A DNA stretch of 32,000 bases from Candidatus Nanopusillus sp. (GCA_028275885.1 JAPWTW010000002.1:1-32000); one strand, 5' to 3'; positions 16,418 to 25,458 are shown, numbered from the stretch's first letter. Numbers and translations are program-made. The notes: generated from the sequence alone by a model not told the origin.

Positions 16418-16945
16418 CTATATATATTTTAGAAAATTAATTATTATATCTTTATTTAAAACTTCTGGATGAAATAATGAAAAATATATATTTTTATATT
16501 TATACAATACTGGAATGTTTTCTACTATTCCAATTATATAAAATTTTTCATCAATCTTTGGAATTTTTGTTATTAAAAAATATGCCTCAAAGTCTTTATC
16601 AATTATTTTATCTTTATTTATTATTTTTACATAATATTTTCCAATTAATTCTTTATCTTTAAAATCATAATTTAATAATTTTATTAATATTTGGCTTCCT
16701 GAACATATTGCAAGGGTTTTTATATTATTTTCAATTATAAATTCGAAATTTCTTATATAATTTAAATAATCAAAATCCATTATTGCAGTACCTGTTATTA
16801 TTATCTTTTCAAAATATTCATTTATTTTATCTTTATATGAGAAAACTTTATAATTAATATTTAATTCTTTCAAAATATTTATTATTGGATATAAAAATTC
16901 ATATTTTGATAATTCTTCCTTATTTGTATGAATTATTCCAATCAT
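16418..16945 (-). CDS. class-I glutamine amidotransferase (GuaA-subunit-A-like size and motifs)
   Basis: 175 aa. The nucleophile elbow is TLAICSGSQILIKLL (compare GICLGHQ) and the His-Glu motif is YFSLFHPEV. The start overlaps the stop of the upstream PP-loop gene (ATGA). Confidence 0.6.
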   Translation of the reverse strand: MIGIIHTNKEELSKYEFLYPIINILKELNINYKVFSYKDKINEYFEKIIITGTAIMDFDYLNYIRNFEFIIENNIKTLAICSGSQILIKLLNYDFKDKELIGKYYVKIINKDKIIDKDFEAYFLITKIPKIDEKFYIIGIVENIPVLYKYKNIYFSLFHPEVLNKDIIINFLKYI

Positions 16946-17607
16946 TCTAAATAAGCATCCTTTATAATATATTCTGCATAATTTTTTTCTATCTTTATTT
17001 CATAATCTTTTATTATTATTCTTTTCTTAAATAAAGGTTGATATAAAACAAATGTTTCATATTCTCCACCTTCTCCTGCAATATTTATTTTATATTTTTC
17101 TTTATATTCAATTAATTTTTTTATTATATTTTCATCTACAATTTTTCCTAAAATATTTATATCTAAAGGATATGTATACCATCCAACAATTATAAATTGA
17201 AAATTATTTTTTAATAATTCATATAAATATTCTTCTTCATCCTTTAGCCATAATGGGTTGAAACACCATAGATTTAATCTTTTACATATTCTTTGAAATT
17301 TTGATCCTTGATATGTAGATCTAATTGCTCCTGTAACAATTCCATCAATATTATATTTTTCTTTTAAATATTTTAGCGCTTCAAACAATATTTCTTCTTC
17401 ATTATTATTTATATAAAATCTTTCTATAGGTATATTCAGAGCTTTTGATTGTAGTTCAGTTAAATTATTATTAATATAATGATATAAATAACTTTCATTA
17501 TTTTTTGGAATTATATTCAATAGTACAGATATCTCATGATATTTTGATGCAATATATAATGAATAATTTGAATCCTTCCCTCCAGAATATAATACTCCAA
17601 GTCTCAT
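16942..17607 (-). CDS. dph6: PP-loop ATP pyrophosphatase of the MJ0570/Dph6 family (diphthine-ammonia ligase)
   Basis: Matching segments: MRLGVLYSGGKDSNYSL (SGGKDS PP-loop), GAIRSTYQGSKFQRICKRLNLWCFNPLW, AGEGGEYETFVLYQPLFKK (the EGGEYET signature of this family). Confidence 0.8.
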   Translation of the reverse strand: MRLGVLYSGGKDSNYSLYIASKYHEISVLLNIIPKNNESYLYHYINNNLTELQSKALNIPIERFYINNNEEEILFEALKYLKEKYNIDGIVTGAIRSTYQGSKFQRICKRLNLWCFNPLWLKDEEEYLYELLKNNFQFIIVGWYTYPLDINILGKIVDENIIKKLIEYKEKYKINIAGEGGEYETFVLYQPLFKKRIIIKDYEIKIEKNYAEYIIKDAYLE

Positions 17608-17620
17608 TTGATTAATTTGA

Positions 17621-18226
17621 TTATTTAGATACGGGAACTACTGGAACGACTGGAGGTCTAGAAACTATTAGTTGATATATTAGAACGTATAGGTATTCTC
17701 TAGGTAGTAATTGATAAATTATATCACAATTGTTTTCCGAATAACAATAAACATTATTATCGTATAAAAATATATTATTATTTGCAATTATTATTGGATA
17801 TGTTATATTTATATTATATGTCATATTATAACATGGATATCCGAGACATCTTACCATTGGACATATTTCTGATGTACATGATACATTACAAGGATACCAA
17901 ATGGGAGGACATTCTTTTACTGTTATACTATAATAAATTGTCTGATTACAAAATATAAATGAAGTAGTATTAATATATTCTACTAATGGTACTATGTAAT
18001 TTATACCCGGTCCTTTATTTTTTATTATGAAATATCCATTTGTTATATTATACTGATAACAACCTTCTCCATATATATTTAACAAATATAATGATAAATT
18101 TTGATTATTTATTATAATATTTGTTTTTTCTAATTTATAATTTATATAATAATTACTTGTTGATATTATTAAAAGGAGAATAACTAATGAAAGTATTCCT
18201 AAAATTATTTTAATATTTGATTTCAT
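17621..18226 (-). CDS. secreted/anchored Cys-rich protein, unknown function
   Basis: The N-terminus is MKSNIKIILGILSLVILLLIIS. It has 10 Cys, including CPPIWYPCNVSCTSEICPMVRCLGYPCYN, several N-x-S/T sequons, and a C-terminal PPVVPVVPV. Confidence 0.55.
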   Translation of the reverse strand: MKSNIKIILGILSLVILLLIISTSNYYINYKLEKTNIIINNQNLSLYLLNIYGEGCYQYNITNGYFIIKNKGPGINYIVPLVEYINTTSFIFCNQTIYYSITVKECPPIWYPCNVSCTSEICPMVRCLGYPCYNMTYNINITYPIIIANNNIFLYDNNVYCYSENNCDIIYQLLPREYLYVLIYQLIVSRPPVVPVVPVSK

Positions 18227-18510
18227 AATTATAAAATTTAAATTATATTTTTAAATTTATTATTATCGATATCTATAAATTTGTTGATGTATATATTTAG
18301 CATATTTAATATTGTATTATTTAAATAATTTTCTGGCAATATTTATTTTTTTAGTTTATATCCACTATAATTGGTATTTTAAAGTTATTTTCAATATAAA
18401 TAATGTAACAATGAATAAAATCATAATTAAAAATATTAAGACAAATTTATATTTCATAAATTTTATTTCTAATGATGATTTTTAAAAATATTATCTTTCA
18501 TTTTATTATA

Positions 18511-20715
18511 ATGGCAAGTTTAACTGAAAGAATATTGCAAGTTATGAATAATCCGAATAATATAAGGAATATAGGTATAATTGCGCATATACATCATGGA
18601 AAAACAACATTAACAGATTCTTTATTGGCAGGTGCAGGAATGTTAGCAGAAGAACTTGCAGGTGAGGCAATGTTTACATGGTGGCATGAAACTGAAAGAG
18701 AAAGGGAAATAACAGTATATGGGGCTGCAGTTTCAATGGTTCATAATTATGAAAATCAGGATTATTTAATAAATTTAATAGATACTCCAGGACATGTAGA
18801 ATTTTCAGGACAGGTTACTAGAGCTGCTAGAGCAATTGATGGTGCAATTGTTGTAGTAGACTTTGTTGATGGGATAATGCCTCAAACAGAAACAGTATTA
18901 AGAACTGCATTAAAAGAATATGTAAAACCAATATTATTTATAAATAAAACCGATAGAGCAATTACAGAATTAAAATTATCTCCACAACAAATTATGGAAA
19001 GGATTGGAAAAATAGTTATTGAAATAAATAGATTAATTGATAAATATTCCCCTCCAGAATTTAAAGGAAAATGGAATGTAAATGTAAATGATGGATCTGT
19101 TGCATTTGGATCTGCAAAATTTCATTGGGCATTATCAGTACCTTTTATGAAAAAATATAATGTCTCATTTAAAGATATAATTGAAATATATAATAAATAT
19201 TTAGATGATAAAGAAAAATTAAAGGAAGAAATGAGAAAAAGGGCACCTGTTGCAAAAGTTGTATTAGATATGGTTATAAGGCATTTGCCTTCTCCAATTG
19301 AAGCACAAAAATACAGAATTCCCCATATATGGAAGGGAGATATAAATTCTGATGTTGGAAGAGCAATGTTAAATTTAGACCCAAATGGGCCAATAGTAAT
19401 AAATGTAACAAATGTAATAATTGATAAGGTATCAAAACAAGAAATTGCAACTGCAAGGATATTTTCAGGTACATTATCAAAAGGTGATGATGTATATTTA
19501 ATTCAAGCTGGAAGGCAAATAAAAATACAACAGGTTGCTATATGGAAGGGAATACAAAGAATAAATGTAGATTCTGCAAAGGCTGGTAATATAATTGCTT
19601 TAGTTGGTATAAGAGGATTATATCCTGGAGAAACAATTGTTGGAAAAGTTCAAGATCCAAAAAGTGTTGAAACATTTGAAGAAATGAAACATTGGCTAGA
19701 TCCTGTAGTTACAAAATCATTTGAACCGAAAAATCCAAATGATTTACCAAAATTAATTGAAACATTAGATTTATTGACAAGGGAGGATCCAACAATAAAG
19801 GTTGAACAGAAAAAAGATACTGGAGAAATTTTAGTATCTGGTTTAGGAGATTTACATTTACAAATAATAGAATATAGAGTACAAAATGATTTTGGAATAC
19901 CTGTAAAGGTTGGAGATCCAATAGTAATTTATAGAGAGTCTGTTAATGTGGTTACGCAAATATATGAAGGAAAATCTCCAAACAAACATAATAAAATATA
20001 TATACAAATCGAACCTTTACCATATGAAATATATGAAAAAATGAGGGAATATATTAGAGAAGGAAAATTGCCTGAAGGGAGAATTAAAAAGGAAGATTTA
20101 TGGAAAGTATTTAATGAAATTGGATTTGAGAAAGAAGAGGCAAGGAGAATTATAATGGTGCATAATGGAAATGTATTGATTGATATGACAAGGGGTATTG
20201 TTCATTTACCAGAAGTAATAGAATATATTGTGGAAGGATTTAAGGAAGTAATGGATCAAGGTCCATTAGCATGGGAACCTGGTATAATGATGAAAGTAAA
20301 ATTGATTGATGCAGTATTACATGAAGATGCAATTCATAGGGGTCCTGCTCAAATAATTCCTGCAACAAAAGATGCAATTAAGAGTGCTATTCTTGAGCAA
20401 CCAACATTATATGAGCCATTACAAGTTATAAGGATTGATACTCCTCCAGAAACTGTTGGAGATGTAACATCAATATTACAATCAAGAAGGGGACAAATAT
20501 TGGAAATGAATATTGAAGAAGAAAGAGCAATAATTAAAGCAAAGGTACCTGTAGCAAATATGTTTGGATTTACAGATGAATTAAGATCTGCGACATCTGG
20601 AAGGGGTGTTTGGTTCTTAGAAGATCAGGTATATGAAAAAGTTCCAAAAGATTTACAACAACAAATAATAGATTCTATTAGAAAAAGAAAGGGAATACCT
20701 GAAGGAGTTCACTAA
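18511..20715 (+). CDS. fusA: translation elongation factor aEF-2
   Basis: G motifs: IGIIAHIHHGKTTL, DTPGHVEF, NKTDR. The diphthamide-site motif HEDAIHRGPAQIIP is present. I place the start at MASLTERIL (18511) because an A/T box (TTTTTAAAAATA) lies ~21-32 nt upstream. The track's 18472 start adds an implausible hydrophobic 13 aa. Confidence 0.93.
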   Translation: MASLTERILQVMNNPNNIRNIGIIAHIHHGKTTLTDSLLAGAGMLAEELAGEAMFTWWHETEREREITVYGAAVSMVHNYENQDYLINLIDTPGHVEFSGQVTRAARAIDGAIVVVDFVDGIMPQTETVLRTALKEYVKPILFINKTDRAITELKLSPQQIMERIGKIVIEINRLIDKYSPPEFKGKWNVNVNDGSVAFGSAKFHWALSVPFMKKYNVSFKDIIEIYNKYLDDKEKLKEEMRKRAPVAKVVLDMVIRHLPSPIEAQKYRIPHIWKGDINSDVGRAMLNLDPNGPIVINVTNVIIDKVSKQEIATARIFSGTLSKGDDVYLIQAGRQIKIQQVAIWKGIQRINVDSAKAGNIIALVGIRGLYPGETIVGKVQDPKSVETFEEMKHWLDPVVTKSFEPKNPNDLPKLIETLDLLTREDPTIKVEQKKDTGEILVSGLGDLHLQIIEYRVQNDFGIPVKVGDPIVIYRESVNVVTQIYEGKSPNKHNKIYIQIEPLPYEIYEKMREYIREGKLPEGRIKKEDLWKVFNEIGFEKEEARRIIMVHNGNVLIDMTRGIVHLPEVIEYIVEGFKEVMDQGPLAWEPGIMMKVKLIDAVLHEDAIHRGPAQIIPATKDAIKSAILEQPTLYEPLQVIRIDTPPETVGDVTSILQSRRGQILEMNIEEERAIIKAKVPVANMFGFTDELRSATSGRGVWFLEDQVYEKVPKDLQQQIIDSIRKRKGIPEGVH

Positions 20716-20745
20716 ATTTTTATATAATAAAAATAATTATTTTTT

Positions 20746-20916
20746 ATGGGAAATAAAATTGGTGAATGTAAATATTGTAATAGACCTGTATATGATGATG
20801 AAAAATATAAAATAATAAATTTAAATGGAGAAAAGATGATTTTTCATATATCTTGTTTTAGAAAATTAAAAAAGGAAGCAATTGATTTAGCAAAGAAAGG
20901 ATTTATTAATTTCTAA
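20746..20916 (+). CDS. hypothetical small zinc-finger-like protein (56 aa), below ORF-track cutoff
   Basis: MGNKIGECKYCNRPVYDDEKYKIINLNGEKMIFHISCFRKLKKEAIDLAKKGFINF has CxxC ... HxxC spacing. TTTTTATATAATAAAAA lies upstream. Its stop overlaps the stop of the convergent gene (CTAA). Confidence 0.4.
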   Translation: MGNKIGECKYCNRPVYDDEKYKIINLNGEKMIFHISCFRKLKKEAIDLAKKGFINF

Positions 20917-21746
20917 ATCTTTGGTTGATATATATGTATCATGTATAAATATGTAATATATGAAAATGGGATAATTACAATAAAGAAGAATAATAATGAA
21001 TTTAAAATATTTACATTTCCAGATGCAATTGAAAATAGAAATGCTAAAATTAATAATATCATTGGAAATGTTATAAAGAAAAATGCATACAATGTTACCC
21101 ATAAATTAACTTTTTCATTATATTCCTTTAATTGAATTTCATATTCTTCTAAATTTTGTTTTGCATATATTCTTGCAAAATCTTTTAAAGAACCTCCAGC
21201 TCTAATTACTGATATTAATCCATATAAAAATTCTTTGAATTTTTCTGAAGGTGTTTTTTGAGCTAATTCTAATAATGCAGATAAAATATCATATCCAAAA
21301 TTATCAATCAATATTAATAAATATGAAACTTCTTTATTTATTGCTCCAAATCTTTTTTCTTTATTTAATAATTTAAATATATCTATTATATTCATTTGTG
21401 AACCTGAATATGAATAAAAGTATAATGCAAAAAATGGTAAATTATCTTCTATATCTTTTATATAATCAGCCTTTGCTAATGATGGATAAATATAAAAATA
21501 AATAAATGTTAAAAAACCAACAATAATTCCAAATAAAATACTTACAGAAAATAATACTATATTATAGAAGTTTAGATAGAAGATGAATATTAATGATAAA
21601 GATATAAAGGATAATAAAAATGTTAGGAAAGAATATTTTAATGTTGTTTTTATATAATCTTCAATGGAAGTTTTAAATTTTGTATAAAATATATCATATT
21701 TTTTATCCTTAAAATATGGATATAATTTTTTTACTAAAAAGTTCAT
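20913..21746 (-). CDS. type IV pilus/archaellum-type platform protein with a single T2SSF domain (TadC/FlaJ-like, half-size)
   Basis: 277 aa: N-terminal TMs, a cytoplasmic helical domain (NKEVSYLLILIDNFGYDILSALLELAQKTPSEKFKEFLYGLISVIRAGGSLKDFARIYAKQNLEEYE), then C-terminal TMs. It has an ATGA-type overlap with the upstream ATPase gene. Confidence 0.72.
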   Translation of the reverse strand: MNFLVKKLYPYFKDKKYDIFYTKFKTSIEDYIKTTLKYSFLTFLLSFISLSLIFIFYLNFYNIVLFSVSILFGIIVGFLTFIYFYIYPSLAKADYIKDIEDNLPFFALYFYSYSGSQMNIIDIFKLLNKEKRFGAINKEVSYLLILIDNFGYDILSALLELAQKTPSEKFKEFLYGLISVIRAGGSLKDFARIYAKQNLEEYEIQLKEYNEKVNLWVTLYAFFFITFPMILLILAFLFSIASGNVNILNSLLFFFIVIIPFSYITYLYMIHIYQPKI

Positions 21747-23290
21747 ATTTTTTTCAATAAAGCATCTTTATCTGTATAATATAGCTTTATATATTCAGCA
21801 ATTTTTTTGTGTTCTTTTATATTTTTATTTACTAAATAATCTATAACTTGTTTTTTCTCTTCTATTGAATCTTTAAAACTTATATTTGATCCAACTCTAT
21901 ATTTTAATGTTTCTTCTGTATATTTTCCTAAATTTCTTTTTTCAAATGTATCATCTTCAAAATTCCATTTTATAACTGTTTCATTTTCAATCCTTCCATT
22001 TAAATATTTTCCAACTTCAATAATTTCCCTTATCCTTCTAGCAGATGGGGAAATATTTCTTGCTCTCATTGTAAATATTACTACATCTAATAATGCAATA
22101 TGATCAAGAGTTAAATTAATTGGAGCTGTTGTTAATCTTCTTATTAATGCTCTCCAGCTATCAGTATGTATAGTTGATAGTGCAGAATGACCAGAAGCCA
22201 TCCCCTGGAACATTACATATGTTTCTTCTCCTCTTACTTCCCCAACAATTACATAATCTGGATTTTGTCTAAAAGATTCTGATAGTAATTTATACATATC
22301 AATTTCTCCATAATATTTATCTCCAACAAAGAAACCTCTTCTTGTCGTTGTAGGAATCCAATTTTCATGATATAATTGTAATTCTCTTGTATCTTCAATA
22401 GATATTACCTTTGCTTCTGGTGGTATAAATTGTGCAATTGAATTTAATAATGTTGTTTTTCCAGAAGAAGTAGAGCCTGCAATTAATATATTTGCTCTAT
22501 ATTCTACTAAGGTCCATAAATATGCAGCAATTTCAGAATCTAACATATTTAATTTTATTAAATCTACCAATGATAGCATTTGTTTCTTGAACTTTCTTAT
22601 TGTAAATGTTGGACCATGTGTAGTAATTTCTTGTGAATATGTTGCATTTACTCTTGATCCATCTGGTAATGTTGCATCTAAAATAGGTTCTGCATACGAT
22701 ATATGTTTTCCAGCCTTTTGTGCTAATTTTACTATAAATTTATCTAATTCATCCCTTGATAAAATTATATTTGTTCTTAATATTCCAAATTTATTATGGT
22801 GTACGTATATTGGTATATCATATCCATCACATGAAATATCTTCAATAAATATATCATAAAATAATGGATGGATTTTTTCATATCCTAACATATCTCTCCA
22901 TAAATAATAATAATACTTTATGAATAAATCTATATCTACTTTTATCTTATATCTATTTATAAATTCTTCCAATTTCTTTATTAATACATATTCCTTATTT
23001 TTATTTAAAAATTCTTCTGGATCTTTATACATTTCATCTAAAATATATTGTTTTACCTTTTCTATTAATATTCTTTCTTCATCAGATATTTCTGGTTCTA
23101 ATAATTCATATACAAGTTCTTCAGATATATTATCATAATAAATATGTGCATACGCAAGTTTTCCAATTAATGGATAAATTATATCAATTTTTGATTTATC
23201 AGTATCAGATTTTATATTTGGTATAAAAGATTCATTTTTTATTTTATTATCAAAATATTTTAATATTTCTTCTGCAATAATTTTTTTCAT
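21743..23290 (-). CDS. FlaI/PilB/VirB11-type secretion ATPase (type IV filament assembly ATPase)
   Basis: Motifs: Walker A AGSTSSGKTTLLNS, Walker B DYVIVGEVRGEE, His box GHSALSTIH, and upstream LPDGSRVNATY...GPTFTIRKF. Confidence 0.88.
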   Translation of the reverse strand: MKKIIAEEILKYFDNKIKNESFIPNIKSDTDKSKIDIIYPLIGKLAYAHIYYDNISEELVYELLEPEISDEERILIEKVKQYILDEMYKDPEEFLNKNKEYVLIKKLEEFINRYKIKVDIDLFIKYYYYLWRDMLGYEKIHPLFYDIFIEDISCDGYDIPIYVHHNKFGILRTNIILSRDELDKFIVKLAQKAGKHISYAEPILDATLPDGSRVNATYSQEITTHGPTFTIRKFKKQMLSLVDLIKLNMLDSEIAAYLWTLVEYRANILIAGSTSSGKTTLLNSIAQFIPPEAKVISIEDTRELQLYHENWIPTTTRRGFFVGDKYYGEIDMYKLLSESFRQNPDYVIVGEVRGEETYVMFQGMASGHSALSTIHTDSWRALIRRLTTAPINLTLDHIALLDVVIFTMRARNISPSARRIREIIEVGKYLNGRIENETVIKWNFEDDTFEKRNLGKYTEETLKYRVGSNISFKDSIEEKKQVIDYLVNKNIKEHKKIAEYIKLYYTDKDALLKKI

Positions 23291-23305
23291 ATAATTTTAA
23301 CATAC

Positions 23306-23545
23306 TTATGAATTTTTAATTATTATAGTACCAACTGGATAGTAATAACCCTGATAATAGAGTAAATTTGATTGATTATTTAATTTTGCATCTTCTAATG
23401 TTAAATTATATATTTGATTTTTTATTAATGAATTTCTATAATTTAAATTATTTAGATAATTATAATAAAATATTAGAGAACCTGATATAAATAATAAAAC
23501 CAAAAAAATAAATAGTACTTGTTCTAATAATAATTGATTTTTCAT
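23306..23545 (-). CDS. small N-terminally anchored protein, possible (pseudo)pilin
   Basis: 79 aa beginning MKNQLLLEQVLFIFLVLLFISGSLIF, with a short polar N-terminus and one hydrophobic helix. It lies in an operon directly upstream of the ATPase. Confidence 0.4.
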   Translation of the reverse strand: MKNQLLLEQVLFIFLVLLFISGSLIFYYNYLNNLNYRNSLIKNQIYNLTLEDAKLNNQSNLLYYQGYYYPVGTIIIKNS

Positions 23546-24060
23546 TTTATTATTGAGTAAATTAATGTTTGATTTTTAACTATATTTAAATTGCAATTTC
23601 CATAACACACTCCTGTACAATTATTTGTCAATATTATTAATGATAAATAATCCTCAAAACATCCATACAATGTTATATTATTGTTATTTTCTAATAAATA
23701 ATATCCATTCATCTTTGGATCATATACATAATAATTTCCATATGAATATATTAAATCTCCTTGATATGTTAGATTATTTAATGTTGTCTTACAAAAATTG
23801 CTAGATTTAATTAATGTTAAATTATTTAAACAATATGCATCATATCCATCTAAATTAAAATTTATATTAAAATATAAACTATCTTGCAAATTACTTAATA
23901 CATTTTCTATATAATTTGTTTCATATTGAAATTTATTTTGATTATAGAAATTTATTGCATATATTTTATTATTATTCCACCATGTAAAAACAAAATAAAA
24001 TGTAAATACAGATAATAAAATTATTAAAATATATTCAATGTAAATATGTATAGATTTCAT
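23542..24060 (-). CDS. N-terminally anchored Cys/Asn/Tyr-rich protein, possible pilin-like subunit
   Basis: 172 aa beginning MKSIHIYIEYILIILLSVFTFYFVF. It has 6 Cys and several N-x-S/T sequons. It overlaps the next gene by 4 nt. Confidence 0.4.
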   Translation of the reverse strand: MKSIHIYIEYILIILLSVFTFYFVFTWWNNNKIYAINFYNQNKFQYETNYIENVLSNLQDSLYFNINFNLDGYDAYCLNNLTLIKSSNFCKTTLNNLTYQGDLIYSYGNYYVYDPKMNGYYLLENNNNITLYGCFEDYLSLIILTNNCTGVCYGNCNLNIVKNQTLIYSIIK

Positions 24061-24075
24061 AAAAATATATTAACT

Positions 24076-25404
24076 TTATATATTAAATATTTTTCTCTGA
24101 TAATCTTCTAAGAAAAATACATCCTCTCCCAATGTATATCCATAATCTGATATAATATTATAATATGATGCCTTTTTATTTATATCTCCATGATTTGGTA
24201 TTATATATTCAGGATTTAGCATTTTTAATAACATTATATGATCCTGACTTTTTGCATGACCAGATACATGTACATCCTTTATTATCTCTGCTTTTCTTCT
24301 TTTCAATCTTTCTTCCAATATTTTTCTATTTGCTTCATTTATTGGATGGGGAATTACATTATTTGCAAATATTACTGTTGTATTACTTAGATCAAAATTA
24401 TATTCTCCTCTTGCCAATCTATCTAAAACAGAGCCAGGTTCTCCTTGATGTCCGGTAACAATTAATAAATATTCTTCTTTATTTTTTTCTACTTTTTCCA
24501 AAACCTTTTTATAATCTCTAGGATCAAAATATACTTCTGCTTCTTTAGAAAAATTATATAAATTAATATTTTCTGCAGCACTAATATATTTTCCTAAACT
24601 TCTTCCAATAAATATTGGTTTTCTATTTATTTCCTTTGATAATTCAACTATTGATTTTAATCTTGCAATATGTGATGAAAATGTTGTTATAATTATCCCC
24701 TTCGTATCTATTGAATTTAATACATCATATAAAATATATTTTTCAATAATTTCTGATTGAGATTTAGAATTTTCATCTGCTCTTGTTGTTTCAGAAATTA
24801 ATAATAAAACACCTTCTTTTCCAATTTTCTTTAATTTTTCTTTATTGGGTTTTTTACCAATAATTGGAAAATTATCAAATTTAAAATCTCCTGAAAATAT
24901 TATATGACCTTTATTTGTTTGAATATCAATCATTAATGATTGTGGAATTGAATGAGTAATATTAATAAAATTAATTGAAATATCTTCCGAAATTTTTATT
25001 GAAGAATTTGGAGATATTTTCTTTAAATCATTTGGTAAAACAATTCCATATTCTTTTTCTTGTTGTTTTATTAGTTCAATTGTATATGGAGATCCATATA
25101 TTGGTACATTATATTTTGGTGCAATAAAATTTACTGCTCCTATATGATCTAAATGTCCATGCGTTAATATTATTGCCTTTACTTTATCTTTATAATTTTC
25201 TAAAATTGAATCATCTGGTATTATATCTAAATCATATAATTCTTTTAATGGTTTATTTATTATATCTTCTCTTTCTCCAAATTGAGATATTTTATCTACA
25301 TTTATTCCAATATCTATTATAATTATTTTATCATCAATTCTTATTGCGCTCATATTTTTTCCTATATATGAATATCCACCTATTGGAAAAATTTCAATTT
25401 CCAT
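24076..25404 (-). CDS. rnj: archaeal RNase J (metallo-beta-lactamase / beta-CASP ribonuclease)
   Basis: Matching segments: N-terminal EIEIFPIGGYSYIGKNMSAIRIDDKIIIIDIG and ILTHGHLDHIGA (HxHxDH), plus late HVSGHA. At 442 aa, the size is typical of aRNase J. Confidence 0.8.
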   Translation of the reverse strand: MEIEIFPIGGYSYIGKNMSAIRIDDKIIIIDIGINVDKISQFGEREDIINKPLKELYDLDIIPDDSILENYKDKVKAIILTHGHLDHIGAVNFIAPKYNVPIYGSPYTIELIKQQEKEYGIVLPNDLKKISPNSSIKISEDISINFINITHSIPQSLMIDIQTNKGHIIFSGDFKFDNFPIIGKKPNKEKLKKIGKEGVLLLISETTRADENSKSQSEIIEKYILYDVLNSIDTKGIIITTFSSHIARLKSIVELSKEINRKPIFIGRSLGKYISAAENINLYNFSKEAEVYFDPRDYKKVLEKVEKNKEEYLLIVTGHQGEPGSVLDRLARGEYNFDLSNTTVIFANNVIPHPINEANRKILEERLKRRKAEIIKDVHVSGHAKSQDHIMLLKMLNPEYIIPNHGDINKKASYYNIISDYGYTLGEDVFFLEDYQRKIFNI

Positions 25405-25458
25405 TTTTAAATTGTACTTTATAATAAATTTTATAAATAAAAAATATCATAATAAAAA

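Noticed and set aside
16338-16420. Possible tRNA or split-tRNA half (AGCCTGGGA resembles a D-loop), or a simple terminator hairpin
   Set aside because: There is no acceptor or D-stem pairing, no T-arm (GTTCRA) and no anticodon arm on either strand. The C/D box spacing and ACA placement on the minus strand explain the GC island better. A terminator or 3' stem-loop role is kept as the alternative in the finding.
18472-18510. N-terminal 13-aa extension of EF-2 (MMIFKNIIFHFII) given by the ORF track
   Set aside because: EF-2 orthologs begin close to the MASLTERIL-type sequence. The extension is hydrophobic, and the A/T promoter box sits inside it at the right distance for a start at 18511.
20887-21102. 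71-aa minus-strand ORF
   Set aside because: It is a different frame nested within the T2SSF platform gene (20913-21746), and its sequence is low-complexity.
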